The notes: generated by a model not told the origin, from the sequence alone. A stretch of 64,000 nt of DNA from Heterodontus francisci (GCF_036365525.1 NC_090401.1:39793674-39857673), one strand, 5' to 3'; positions 1-12,690 are shown, numbered from the stretch's first letter. Program-made: numbers and translations.

Positions 1-1017
1 TGGAGGGATGTGACTAGTAGTGTTCCGCAGGGATCAGTGCTGGGACCTTTGCTGTTTGTAGTATATATAAATGATTTGGAGGAAAATGTAGCTGGTCTGA
101 TTACAAAGTTTGCGGATGACAAAGGTTGGTGGACTTGCGGATAATGATGAGGATCGTCAGAGGATACAGCAGGATATCGATCGGTTGGAGACTTGGGCGG
201 AGAAATGGCAGATGGAGTTTAATCCGGACAAATGTGAGGTAATGCATTTTGGAAGGTCTAATGCAGGTGGGAGGTATACAGTAAATGGCAGAACCCTTAG
301 GAGTATTGATAGGCAGAGATATCTGGGCGTACAGGTCCACAGGTCACTGAAAGTGGCAACGTAGGTGAATAAGGTAGTCAAGGCGGCATGCTTGCCTTCA
401 TCGGTTGGGGCATAGAGTATAAAAATTGGCAAGTCATGTTGCAGCTGTACAGAACCTTAGTTAGGCCACACTTAGAATATTGCATGCAATTCTGGTCGCC
501 ACACTACCAGAAGGACGTGGAGGCTTTGGAGAGGGCACAGTGGTGGTATACCAGGATGTTGCCTGGTCTGGAGGGTATTAGCTATGAAGAGAGGTTGGAA
601 AAACTCGGATTGTTTTCACTGGAACGACAGAGGTGGAGGAGCGACATGATAGAAGTTTACAAAGTCATGAGCGGCATGGACAGAGTGGATAGTCAGAAGC
701 TTTTTCCCAGGGTGGAAGAGTCAGTTACTAGGGGACATAGGTTTAAGGTGTGAGGGGCAAAGTTTAGAGGGGATGTGCGAGGCAAGTTTTTTTTTTATAC
801 AGGGGGTGGAGCGTCTGGAACCTGCTGCCAGGGGAGGTGGTGCTGGAAGCAGATACGATAGCGACATTTAAGAAACATCTTGACAAATACATGAATTGGA
901 AGGGAATAGAGGGATATGGGCATCGCAAGTGCAGAAGGTGTTAGTTTAGGCAGGCATCAAGATCGGCGCAGTCTTGGAGGGCCGAATGGCCTGTTCCTGT
1001 GCTGTACTGTTCTTTGC
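1..1017 (+). mobile_element. CR1 LINE 3' fragment (RT C-terminal region and 3' tail), decayed
   Basis: Translations such as KWQMEFNPDKCEVMHFG and LVRPHLEYCMQFWSPHY are typical CR1 ORF2 C-terminus. Ends in a CR1 tail (gggccgaatggcctgttcctgtgctgtactgttctttg). Stops and frameshifts present. Confidence 0.9.
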
Positions 1018-1797
1018 AACCTGTCTCTCGATGCAGAATTCAACAAGCGCATGGGAAAGGCTTCCTCTGCTATGTCCAGACTGGCCAAGAGAGTGTGGGA
1101 AAATGGTGCACTGACAGAACACAAAAGTCCAAGTGTATCAAGCCTGTGTCCTCAGTACCTTGCTCTACGGCAGCGAGGCCTGGACAACATACGTCAGCCA
1201 AGAGCGACATCTCAATTCATTCCATCTTCTTTGTCTCCGGAGAATCCTTGGCATCAGGTGGCAGAACTGTATCTCCAACACAGAAGTCCGAGGCAGCCAA
1301 CATCCCCAGCATATACACCCTACCAAACCAGCGGCGCCTGAGATGGCTTGGCCATGTGAGCCACATGGAAGATGGCAGGATCCCCAAGGACACATTGTAC
1401 AGTGAGCTAGTCACTGGTATCAGACCCACCGGCCATCCTAGTCTCTGCTTTAAAGACGTCTGCAAACGCGACATGAAGTCCTGTGACATTGATCACAAGT
1501 CATGGGAGTCAGTTGCCAACGATCGCCAGAGCTGGCAGGCAACCATGAAGGTGGGGCTAAAGTGTGGCGAGTCGAAGAGACTTAGCAGTTGGCAGGAAAA
1601 AAGACAGAAGCGCAAGGAGAGCGCCAACTGTGTAACAGCCCCATCAACCAATTTTATCTGCAGCACCTGTGGAAGAGTCTGTCACTCTAGAATTGGGCTT
1701 TATAGCCACTCCAGGCACTGCTTCACAAACCACTGACCACCTCCAGGCGCTTACCCATTGTCTCTCGAGACAAGGAGGCCAAAGAGGAAGGAGGAAG
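1018..1797 (+). mobile_element. RTE (BovB-like) LINE 3' fragment
   Basis: YQACVLSTLLYGSEAWT and RRLRWLGHVSHMEDGRIPK motifs, terminal zinc finger CSTCGRVCHSRIGLYSHSRHC, GA-rich tail. Very similar to 36455-37371. Confidence 0.88.
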
Positions 1798-2120
1798 ATA
1801 CAAGTTTGAAACCACTTCAAATAGGTAGTCTTGCATCAACTTTAGTTTCACATCAACTACATTATAATGTACTAACATAACCAAAACTCCTCCTCACAGG
1901 GCAGAAACCAGTCAAAAATCATACTGGTGTAAAAACAGTAGATAGCATTTAACTGTAGTATCCGAGCAGGAAAACAACTGCATATTGTGCTTGGAGAGAT
2001 GCTGCAAATTTCTCAACCAAATACATTTTCCTAAGTAAAAAATTACAAGCAACAATCCAAAACCTAGATGGCCAAGAGGGAAAGAATGCAGTAATGTTTT
2101 GTTTATACATTTCTACTCAC

Positions 2121-2219
2121 TTTAACACTGAAAGCTATCCAGTGGTTGGTTTCCATCCTTGCAGTGGCACTTAGTAATTTCTGAATTGGTTTATCCTCTT
2201 CAGCTTCTTTTTTGTATTC
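2121..2219 (-). CDS. RSRP1: rsrp1 internal exon (EYKKEAEEDKPIQKLL...WIAFSVK)
   Basis: 99 nt, acceptor tgtgcag, donor gtgagt, phase 0/0, IAFS motif. Confidence 0.78.
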
Positions 2220-5200
2220 CTGCACAAAAATACAGAAAGCCCACAGGTTAATCTTAAAAGTGGCCAATCTAATGTAAATTGTGACCCACATTTCAGTCTC
2301 TTCAGGATGAAACATTTGTAGCACTGGTTGGACAGACCCAACATTACAACACTGACTTTTGAGTAATAAATGTCACTATTGTTCTACCTGATGTGGTAGA
2401 ATCTGCAGAAGTGTTGCTATTGCTCCTTGTGGCTTGTCACCATACTATTTCTGTAAATTTGCACCAATAGCTTAGAATTCATCAAACCTTATTTTAGCAT
2501 GCTGACCCAAGGATACAAGAATGAGACTTGGAATGTTGAAGTTCCAGAACTTCTGATCCACTGATCAAGCTTAATGGGCACCAATTACTTCAATTTAGTC
2601 AATGGTTCTGATCAATGCAAATTACCACTGAACATTTCAATTTTTTAGTTCATTTTCAACTTCAGAGTTCAAAATGCTTCTGAGCATTTTTAGTAATGTG
2701 TTAATCACTACTACAAATGTAGAACTGTATACAGCTGTGTCGATAAGGTATATTCTAGGCTATAAAAGCCAATAAACTTATCTTCAAAAACTGTTGACCT
2801 CTTCTTCGGCAAAGATCTGATATTCAAAACTTCCTGGAACACAGTGAATAAGTTATGAGGACACAAAAATCCTAGAACAAAGCTTATGCATGGTCAATAC
2901 TGAATCCAAAAGCAGCATCTAGTCAAAACTTAACTTCATATGCCTCGACCGGAAGTGTAAGTGCAGGAAATAGAATTTTTTAGTTAAAGCAAAAACTTAA
3001 GTGCTACTATTTATCAATTTGAAGCATGCCAGCACACTTCAAGAACTGATCAGATTGCATCAGTAACCACTGTTTGGAAACTTTAATACTTTAACTCTGT
3101 TCCATGCTTTGCACTAGAATGTACACAATGTATTCCCTATGGTCTGGAACAGTCGGTTTTGTTTTCCTCTGCTTCTTGAGTGACAAGTGTGCTTTTGGGC
3201 CCAGCATCAGACCAAGCACTCCAAGGTCAAGTGCAATGTGGACACATTCAAAGTCAAGCTCCCTCCAGACTACCTCTGATTATGCATCGTACCTCAACCT
3301 CAAAAAAGCACTATAATACTAGTCAACTTTTCCACTTTCAAATACCATTACATGATACCAAAATTAAAAGGTCAATCCAATGCCAAATTGTGGGCACAGA
3401 CCTGCTCAGAAGACAGACAGGCAATCCTATTGCACTCAAAAGACAGACCGGGCTTTATTTGAACACAGCTCCAACTAAACCCACATTTTAAACTTGAATT
3501 TCAAATGCTGGAAGAGTCTGGTACATTATAGGTCACTTGGATGGTTTGAACTGTTGGCAATACTATTAATGCACAATACATTGCCTAAATTATTTGTGCA
3601 TCCATTACAAATACACCAAGTTTATGAAACTGGCATTTACTGATTTGCCATATTTATAGAATCCTCAATACTTAGATTCTACTACAAGTACGTAGAAAAC
3701 CTATGGGACACTTTTTAATCTAACTACTAAAAACCTTTGATAAGGTACCATACATGGTTAGGTTCATAACAAGGTCAGGGCATGTGGAATCACAAGACAA
3801 ATAGCTGGATGGATAGCAAATTGACTACAAAAGAAAGTGAAGAGCACGGGGAAAGGGTAGTTATTCAGATTGGAGACAGTAGAAAGTGGTGGTCCACAAG
3901 GATAAGTGCTGGGACCCCTGTTATTCATAACTGGCATTAATGATTTGTAATCAGGAACAAGTAACAATCAAGATTTGCAGAAATTGGAGGATATGACTAA
4001 CACTAAAGAATGCAACATAATACATGGATGCATAAGAAAACTTCTAGACTGTTAAAAGAACTTTAACATAGATAAATGAGGTGATGCACTTTGGTAGGAA
4101 CAACAGAATCACCTACACCTTGGAAAAGAAGAAACCGAATGGGGTACAAAGGGATCGAGGGGTACAGGTGAGCAAATTAAAAGCAGCACCACAGGACATC
4201 AAAGCAATTAAAATGCCAAAACATTGGGATTTATTTCTTCGGGTGCAGAACTCAAAAGTAGTGGTTGCGTTAATCTTGTTGGAATGGACCCTGGTCAGGT
4301 CACACAGAATACTGTGAAGAGTTCTGGTCTCCACACTACGAAAAGGACATGACACTAGAGTGCAAAAACGATTTACAAGGATGGTACAAGAACAGAGAGA
4401 TTACAGCTATCAGAAAAGATTGAACAGGATGGGGCTTTTTGTTTTCTGGAAAAGAGAAGACTTGGAGGTGAACTGATAGAGGTCTTTAAAAATTACAAAT
4501 GGATTGGACAGGGTAGATGTGGAATGTTTTCACTTGCGAAAGAATCCAAAACTAGATTTCATAAATACAGAACTTACTAATAAATTCATAGGGAAATGAG
4601 GAGAATTTTCTTTACTCAGTGGTTAGAATGTGGAAATGATTGAGGCGAACAGCTTTCAAAAAGAAACTAGATGAGTACATGAAAAAAAAGGGGACCAGAA
4701 AGATATGCTGAAAGGCTGAGATGAGGTAGCTGAAATGGGAGGAAACTGAGTATAAACACCAGCATAGACTAGTTGGACAGAATCGCCTATTTCTATGGCT
4801 TATACTCTATGTAAATAAAGGAACTGTATTTCCATTACAAGTTCTGACAGCCTATAGAGCATGATGATCCTATATATGTTGATGTCTCCATCAAGATTTT
4901 ATTATATCATTTGAGTGCCAGAATCAAAATGCATCCTGACAAGTCTCCTTCAGAAATAACAGGCAATACAACATATCAAAGAACCAACATACTGTACTGC
5001 CTTGTCTTCTGAGTGAAAGTACAGACCCAGCTTCCTCCATTCTCTTAACTCCCCATTGGCCATACACAGATCTCCCTGACAAAAAAAAACAGGAGAAGGG
5101 ACAGTAAAAGTAGACAGTTTTTTTCCTACCACACCTTATAGTGGGCAGCCAACTGCAGGATTTCTCTGGAACAGAGCCACATGCTGTGTGAAATATTGAT

Positions 5201-8200
5201 GTATTCACAAAAGTGACATTGCACCATCACACAAAGATCTTAGAGCTTTCTCGCTTAGTATTAGCAGTGGGTATACAGTGCCCCAGTTTCATTTATAGCA
5301 TGAAGTTTGAGAGCCAATTGTTCCTTTAATCATATTACATTGGCCAAGCTGCCCCCAAACACTGCACACACGCAGATACAAAGATACCACCTCATATCTT
5401 CAAGAAGTGCAGTCCATTTCAAGGCTTCTATAAAACAGAAATAAATCAAGTCACACAAACTAATTTTAGTTTTTATATATATGGGAAGTGTTTGAATGAC
5501 ATGTTGACAAACTACAGCAGAGCTGAATTATTACTGTGCATTACAATTTCCAACATTACAACAGTGAGTAGATGTCAAAAGTATTTAACTGGCTATAAAA
5601 CACTTTGGGACATCCTGAGGTTGTGAAAAACACTATACAAGTGCAAGTTCTTTGTTTTCCTTACAGCGTAAGTGAGCACAGAACATATTCTACTATTGCT
5701 TGGTAGGAATTGCTACATGCTGCAAGTACCTTACTGTTGTGCACCATCAGAAACATTATTGTGAAAATAAAACTGAACTTTTATCAGAGTAATGTAGATA
5801 TTAAACCAATGTAACAATTGAGTTGGAAAAAGACAACTCAATTTATTCTACTTCACCGCAGGAATACCAGTCTGCAACAGTCAAAACTTCGGTGAACTGA
5901 CAGCCAATTTATTAAAGATCATACAACCCACTGCACGAGAGTGGGTATTCAAATATTTAAGATAGAATATACCTTCTTGTACATTTAGACATGCAATTAT
6001 AGCATTTAATTATAGTATACATAATTCACCACTCACCTTTCTGGTCAGTTCTTTTACTGCATCATTATTAGTTTTCATTGTGAAAAGTCTCTCATTCTTG
6101 AGGGAACTGGCAGGCTTCAGACTAGGAGGAATGCGGATGTTGTCCTTTCCCAATAATTTATCAGCATTTGCCTTTGCTATTTCAAGCAACTTCTTTTTTT
6201 CTGAAAAAAAATTATGTACCAAATTTTAGGTTGCAACTCCAAGTTTTTGAAAACATGGATTAAGAGTACAAAGTGCTGATTAACAGATTAACAGTACTGT
6301 TTCACAATAGATCTACCTTCAATAAAAAAAAACTGAACACAAGCTAAGGCACTTGCAGTTGAACTTAGACCGATACGGACTGAAACTGATTATATTTAAT
6401 CTAAAAATGCTGGAACCACTCAGCAGGTCTGGCAGCATCTGTGGAAAGAGAAGCAGAGTTAACGTTTCTTCTGAAGGGTCACTGATCCGAAACGTTAACT
6501 CTGCTTCTCTGTCCACAGATGCTGCCAGACCTGCTGAGTGGTTCCAGCATTTCTTGTTTTTATTTCAGATTTCCAGCATCTGCAGTATTTTGATTTAATG
6601 ATATTTAATCTAGTTTATTTTAAGAAAATGCAGATGTTACTTTCCTTGTTGTGCACGGAACACATGACTCCCATAAATGAGCATTCAGAGATCCTGTGAC
6701 TTTAAACACAATACTGGATAATGTAACATGCCCAGGAATCAAACAGTAACTCTTGGTTTCTTCGTCAGCTTATTGGACATGTCACATGCCCAAGTGCCAT
6801 CTCTCCTTGACTTTGAAAGGCAACAGAACAAACACCATTGTATAGCACTATTTATAAACTACCAAATGGCTTATTAATAAATAGCTACATGAATAGTAGC
6901 TGAATAGTAGATATACAGTAATAAATGTGCCTTCACTGTTCCTCAAAGTAGAGATAGTAACATTTCCAGTGCTGAAACTCTATGCAACTAGACTTTGCAT
7001 AGATTGTCACTGCTAACCTTTCACTGAGCCTCCTGCCACTGATAGATTCAGAAGGACTGATGTCTGTTCAAGATATGCAAAGGAAATCAAAATATGTATA
7101 TCTCTTTCCCAACTGCACCATGATAGCAAACACACACAATACATCAGATTAATTGCTTAAGCTCCCCAAAAACTGCTTGCAAGGTAATGGCTCCGGAAGC
7201 TGTCCATATTTAATAGTTTGCATGTGAACAACACCCAGATATACATGTAAATGCATCAAATCAAAATGAATCAACACAGTCCACCATCCACCTAACAGCT
7301 GCTGAAGAATCCAACTGTCATTTAATTTCAATAGCCCACTTTGAATTCAAAGGTTACACTTAAAAGGTATTTACACAATGCCACCTTGCTACATGAAAGG
7401 TATAACCTGTTTCACAGCATTTTATGCAAACAGATTTTTTTTTTTTTTGCTTTAAGCAAACATGGTTTTCACCTCAATGATAGCACAATGAAAGGACAAA
7501 ACAAAGATTATAGCCCTATAGGCAAAATAACAGCATTTTGCCAATATTTTAAGAGACCCACTTTGTACCAAAGTATTATGGCCAGATTATGTCTCTGTTC
7601 TTTAGAAACTACAGTGCAATACTCACATTCCTATTCTCAAAGTAGCTTACCGTTCTGCGTTAAGCGGATAGATCTGCCCCTTGATCTGCTTCGGCTTCTG
7701 TGTGATGGCGGTTGGGTTCGGCACGCAAAGCCACAGTAACTCCTCCGAAGCCTGGATGGTGACCTAGATGATCTTGAGTGGGATCTTTGGTACCTTAGGC
7801 TAGACCTTGGCCTTTGGTATGACCTAGAGCAGGGTACGTAGCATCTAGATCTTGACCTGTATCTATGTGGCGACCTGTATCTACGAGGTGACTGATAAGA
7901 CATTCGGTATCTGGATCTTCGGTAACAAGACCTTGACCAGCTTCTAGACCGGGACCTTGAATGGGCTCGCCTTGATCTTCTGTAACTCCTCTTCAGTGAT
8001 ATATGTCTGCCTCTTGAAGCTAAAGAACTATCATCTGAACTTGACCTGTACCTCTCTAAAGACACCACCGAACCTGATCGGGAGCTGCCTGAAGACGACA
8101 CTGAACTCGACCGGGAGTGATCTGAAGAGGACACTGAACTCGACCGGGAGCGATCTGAAGAGGACACTGAACTCGACTGGGAGCGATCTGAAGAGGACAC

Positions 8201-10398
8201 TGAACTCGACCGGGAGCGATCTGAAGAGGACACTGAACTCGACCGGGAGCGATCTGAAGAGGACACTGAACTCGACCGGGAGCGATCTGAAGAGGACACT
8301 GAACTCGACCGGGAGCGATCTGAAGACAATATTAAACCTGATCGAGAACTACCTGAAGATGACCCTGAACTTGATTGGGAGATTTTAGACCTCTTGATGC
8401 CAAGTGTTCTGGAATGTGATTTTCTCTCATACTTTTCAATCTTCTGACAAGGAGAAGCAAGTCTCAATCCATCCACACCAGCAGCTATATTTTCAGTCTT
8501 CTGTTCCTCTGCATTGCATCCATCTGTTCCCCACTTGATTTTAATGTTTTTCTCAGACAGATCCTCCATTTCAGAATCTGATTTCAGAACATGATCACAT
8601 CTTTGCTGCAAATTCATTTCACCTAAAAGATTAAGAACTACATTCAAATGGCAGTAAACACAAACCTCCTTTCGTTAGCCATATTGAACACATACATAAT
8701 TACGCAAGTAAATCTAGTAATAACTGAATTACAACCATTGTTGCTATTTTTCATTATTTTACACTGACAGTTGAATTCAGTGGTATAATACTAACCAAAT
8801 ATAGCACCTCATGGAGGGCACAGGAGGCCATTCAGTTCATCATGCTTGTGCCAGCTCTTTGAAAGAGTTGGCAAATTGATTCCACTTCTTGACTCTTTCC
8901 CCATAGCCCAGCACATTTATCCTTTTCAAGTACTGTAAATTTTAATTCCCTTTTTGAAAAGGGACCGTTGAATCTGCTTCCACCACCCTTTCAAGCAGTG
9001 TATTCCAGACCATAATTCACTACATGAAATTAATTCTCCTCACTCTTCCCTCTGATCTTTGCCAATTATCTTAAATGTGCCCTCTGGTTGCTTACCCACC
9101 CACCAGCAGAAACAGTTTCTCCTTAGTTACACTATCAGAACCCCTCAATTTTCAGCACCTCTAATAAATCTCCCCATAACCTTCTCTATGCTAAGGGAAA
9201 CAATCCCAGCTTCTCTTTTCTCCACATAACCCACCACTCCGCTGGAATCATTACAGTAAATCCCCATTGCACCCCCTCCAAGGCCTGGATATCCTTCCAA
9301 AAGCAGCATATGAACTTCACATTTTGAGGTTCAACTGCAAATACAGTAATTCTTCCAGGTTTGGAGTCAACCTTTACCACAAACTTTTTTAAAACCTCCA
9401 ATTGGATAGACTTAAAATTCTCAGTGCAAACAACATCAAACTTTCCAATTTGAGTTTCTATCAAACGAAAAAATTTCACGAATGGGACACAGCTTCAACT
9501 TACAATTGAATAGACACTTTCATATTGTTTTTCTACCTCCAATTTCTATAGCACAAGTCAGCCAGAGCCAATGACCAACCAAAATTTTAGATCAATAAGG
9601 AAGCCACAATTTTCATGGGTTTTACTTGTTTGTCAGTTTTAATAGGATTAGTAAATGCAGTGCCACAGCAGGTTTTGGTGGTAAGTAATGAAGCCACACC
9701 ACAACGTTGGAAAGATGTGTTACTGTGCACAGATGTATACATCTACATACCGATGACAATGCATCAGGCATTAATGCTCCATATGCTAGCACAGATTAGT
9801 GTTCAAGCCAGTGGGGCGGTGCGGTAGTTCAGAAAGTAGTGTTGAGGCCACTAGATCATCCAGGATCTTACTGAAATGGCAGGGCAGGCTCAAGGAGCTG
9901 AATGGCCTACTCCTATTTCTTTTCAGTCAACATTACCTCTCCTACACATTCAGACAGTGAGACTAGCAGCACAAGAGGAATTTTGGGAGTGCAGTGCTTT
10001 TGGAGCACCAAGATTCAGTCAATAGCACAAATCCCATGAGTTACAAACATTTAATTTCAGCCCTGCTATCTATTAGAAATTGCTAGAGAATGGCAAGCTC
10101 TCAAATACTCCACTGCAGTTCCAAAGGGACACCAGAATGGTCCTCAGTGATGCTTTTAAAAACAAACATTGAATACAAAATTCATACTCTATAAAGACCC
10201 CTATCGCTACACAACATTCAAATCATTACAGATCTTTTGTCTTTTAAAATGATGGTCAGCAGACCAAACACCAAGCATAGCTTCTCTCCTAGGCATCATG
10301 GAACATTGGGCCCACTGATTCTCAACTGTTAGTGAAGACAGAAAAATCTAGCAAGTAATAAAACAATTAAACTTACCATAGCTGGATTTGTCTCTCAT
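2121..10398 (-). CDS. RSRP1: Arginine/serine-rich protein 1 (partial; exons 10377-10426, 7651-8622, 6037-6200, 2121-2219; last exon not found, probably left of the window)
   Basis: Long RS-rich exon followed by LLEIAKANA...IPPSLK and IAFS segments matching recalled RSRP1. All junctions are GT-AG and in phase. Synteny with TMEM50A and RH. Confidence 0.88.
3695..4815 (+). mobile_element. Old degenerate CR1 LINE 3' fragment in rsrp1 intron
   Basis: Remnants of FDKVPH, VLGPLLF and MHFGRNN motifs and a CR1 tail. Confidence 0.8.
6037..6200 (-). CDS. RSRP1: rsrp1 exon (EKKKLLEIAKANADKLLG...ELTRK)
   Basis: 164 nt, acceptor ttttcag, donor gtgagt, conserved LLEIAK(A/T)NA motif. Confidence 0.9.
6404..6600. 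mobile_element. Hairpin Penelope-pLTR-type short element with 12-bp TSD
   Basis: About 64-bp inverted arms (6405-6468 / 6489-6552); flanked by atatttaatcta at 6392-6403 and 6601-6612. Confidence 0.75.
7651..8622 (-). CDS. RSRP1: rsrp1 large RS-domain exon
   Basis: 972 nt open, acceptor tcttttag, donor gtaagc. Extensive RS/RSP/SR dipeptides. Confidence 0.9.
8064..8360 (-). repeat. Coding 33-bp tandem repeat (SSSDRSRSSSV) in rsrp1
   Basis: Unit gaagaggacactgaactcgaccgggagcgatct; 7 near-identical copies plus diverged flanking copies. Confidence 0.95.
8812..9300 (-). mobile_element. CR1 LINE 3' fragment
   Basis: Reverse complement of the CR1 tail and of DIQALEGVQ...EKLGLF coding sequence. Confidence 0.75.
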
Positions 10399-10426
10399 TT
10401 CCCAGGAGAAACCAACTGAGTTTAGC
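10377..10426 (-). CDS. RSRP1: rsrp1 small upstream exon containing in-frame ATG at 10398 (MRDKSSYG)
   Basis: 50 nt flanked by ttaacag and gtaagt; splices in frame to GT GAA ATG of the large exon. Confidence 0.6.
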
Positions 10427-10629
10427 CTGTTAACACAAAATATACTTATTAAGCAGTTTAGTTCAGAACCATATGTAGTTAAGGCAATTTTTAAAAATTA
10501 ACAAAAAGTTTTAGGACAGGACAGGCATTACTGGCTCCCACAGTTAATAATCTACTGTGTTTATAAAAATATACTCAACTCACCCGATTACCTACCTCCA
10601 CACCTACCTTTGCCCATCTACTACAGAAA

Positions 10630-11090
10630 GTTTTATCCAGTCTTACTCTATTCCAGATTCAACTACTCCAATGCTCTTCCAGATGGCCTTCCATAAACTT
10701 CAGTTTAGTTAAAATTATGCTGCTCCCACCATCTCGAACTAAGTCCTGCTCACATTCTTGTCTTCACTAACCTACATTGGCTTTAGTAGACCTGGAGTCA
10801 AAGTTAACTTTTATTTAAAACCCGCAATGGCCTCACCCCCTCCCCATCTCTAACCTACTCCAGCCCTACAACTCACTCCAACTCAGTTTCCTCTCACTCT
10901 GCCCAATTGTGCATCTTGTCCTCCTTATGCCTCATGCGTTCAGCTATCTAGGCTCTATTCCCCAAACACCTCTATCTTCCTCAGCTTTTAATCACCCTTC
11001 ATATCTCCTTTGGCACAGCATTCACTGTTTGACAATACCCCTATACAGCACATTGTGATGTTTTTTATACATGATAAATGCAAGATGTTA
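10630..11090 (+). mobile_element. Old L2-like LINE 3' fragment
   Basis: Pyrimidine-rich decayed L2-type C-terminus and tail (ataaatgcaagatgtt); same family at 23135-23380/24580-24910 and 41180-41840. Confidence 0.55.
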
Positions 11091-11591
11091 TTACATTACA
11101 GCTTTTACACAATTATTTGATAAGTCAGTGGTTACCTTAAAACCCAAATAAAGGATTCAAAGGCAAAAAAAACATGCATTTTATTCAGCTTCATCACCAC
11201 TACCAAGAATTGAGTCAATCGCTTTCTCGAAACTTCTCCACTGCTCAAGGATTCACAGAACAAACTGTGGGATAGCCAGAGGGAGGAACCAGAGAATGAG
11301 CTAATCAGTTACTAGTCAGCAGCTCAGCTTTTAACAGCATAAACATCCTTCTCTTATGTAGAAATACAACCTCTTTCTTTGTGCAGGAACTAAGATAGCG
11401 AAAATGACCAATATCGTAAACGCAATGTAGTTTTTAAACATATGCAACAGGTTAAACTCAGTGCATTTCATTTTAAGTTAGCAATTCATCTTTGTTATGA
11501 CAGTCTTAAAAAGAAATATTAATAAGTATATCAATCTAAGCTTTGACCCAATCTCTGACAGCAATACAACCCAAACACCGTCCTTGAACCT

Positions 11592-11998
11592 ACACCCTCC
11601 CTGGCAACCCAACCCATGGACTTTGGCCCCACACCCTCCCTGGCAACCCAACCCATGGACTTTGGCCCCACACCCTCCCTGGCAACCCAAACACTGCCCT
11701 CAACCCCACACCCTCCCCTGGCAACCCAAACACTGCCCTTGACCCCACACCCTCCCCTGGCAACCCAAATACTGCCCTCAACCCCACACCCTCCCTGGCA
11801 ACCCAAACACTGCCCTCAACCCCACACCCTCCCCTGGCAACCCAAACACTGCCCTCAACCCCACACCCTCCCCTGGCAACCCAAATACTGCCCTCAACCT
11901 CACACCCTCCCCTGGCAACCTAAACACTACCCTCGACCTCACACCCTCCCCTGGCAACCCAAATACTGCCCTCGACCCCACACCCTCCCTTGGCAACG
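11592..11998. repeat. 39-bp C-rich minisatellite (about 10 copies) in rsrp1 intron 1
   Basis: Unit caccctcccctggcaacccaaacactgccctcaacccca. Confidence 0.93.
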
Positions 11999-12243
11999 CG
12001 ACCCATTGACTTTAACCCATTCCCTCCCTTAACAATCCGACTCTGGTCCTGGCCCCAACCCCTCACGGAACAACCAGTCAGAAGGTCGCCATCTCCGCGT
12101 TCACTCTCAGTTCGTCACAAGTGCGTCACAACCGAATGCCACGACTTTAAACAGTTTGATAAAATCAGATTACCCCCGCCACACCAAAAAAATGAGACAA
12201 AATAATTCTGTATCCCAGGTCCTTCTTATTCTACAAAACTCAC

Positions 12244-12330
12244 AGATTACAATCACAGGCTTGATTCTTCAGCAATTCTGGAGTGCCGCAACCCGACACC
12301 ACACTAGTGATCACCATCTTATCACTGAAG
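12244..12330 (-). other. RSRP1: Putative rsrp1 exon 1 (possible in-frame ATG at 12317)
   Basis: Lies just downstream of a TATA box; donor gtgagt at 12243-12238; reading from aagATGg stays open across the next exons. Confidence 0.45.
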
Positions 12331-12349
12331 CAAACGCAGTAGATTCCTC

Positions 12350-12495
12350 CTTTTATAACCTCGCAGCCCGCGAGGACCCGCCTTCACCCCACTCCCATTG
12401 GCGCCTGTTTCGCAGTCGCTGTTTTTATTGGCTCGTTCTGTCGCTGCACGAGGTCTTAGCCGAGAAAGCAGAGGGTATGCCTCTGATTATTGGTC
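12350..12495 (-). promoter_or_regulatory. rsrp1 promoter: TATAAAAG plus three CCAAT boxes in a CpG-enriched stretch
   Basis: Minus-strand TATAAAAG at 12357-12350; CCAAT (attgg on +) at 12397, 12427 and 12489. Confidence 0.65.
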
Positions 12496-12582
12496 AATAG
12501 AACTGTCAATCATAGTGTAGGCTAGGCTGTTGCCAGCTATTCGACGCCTAAGTGGACAAAGTTACTGTCCATCAAAGAACCA

Positions 12583-12690
12583 AAAGCAGAGTGGTTGAAA
12601 ACTGCAGATGCTGGAAATCTGAAACAAAAACGAAAGAGAACATTCTGGAAATACTGCAGAGGTCAGTCAGCATCTGTGGAGAGAACAGGG
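12583..12690 (-). mobile_element. Penelope-pLTR-type short element fragment
   Basis: ctgcagatgctggaaatctgaaacaaaa...cagcatctgtggagag, the same family as 6404-6600. Confidence 0.6.

Noticed and set aside
4855-4930. Possible C/D snoRNA box (atgatga) in an rsrp1 intron
   Set aside because: No properly placed D box or terminal stem seen.
7957-8388. Plus-strand 143-aa ORF with TLNSTGSDLKR repeats
   Set aside because: It is the antisense shadow of the rsrp1 coding VNTR.
11478-12032. Overlapping Pro/Gly-rich ORFs and a CRISPR-like periodic look
   Set aside because: This is a 39-bp tandem minisatellite with no unique spacers and no cas genes, in a eukaryotic context.
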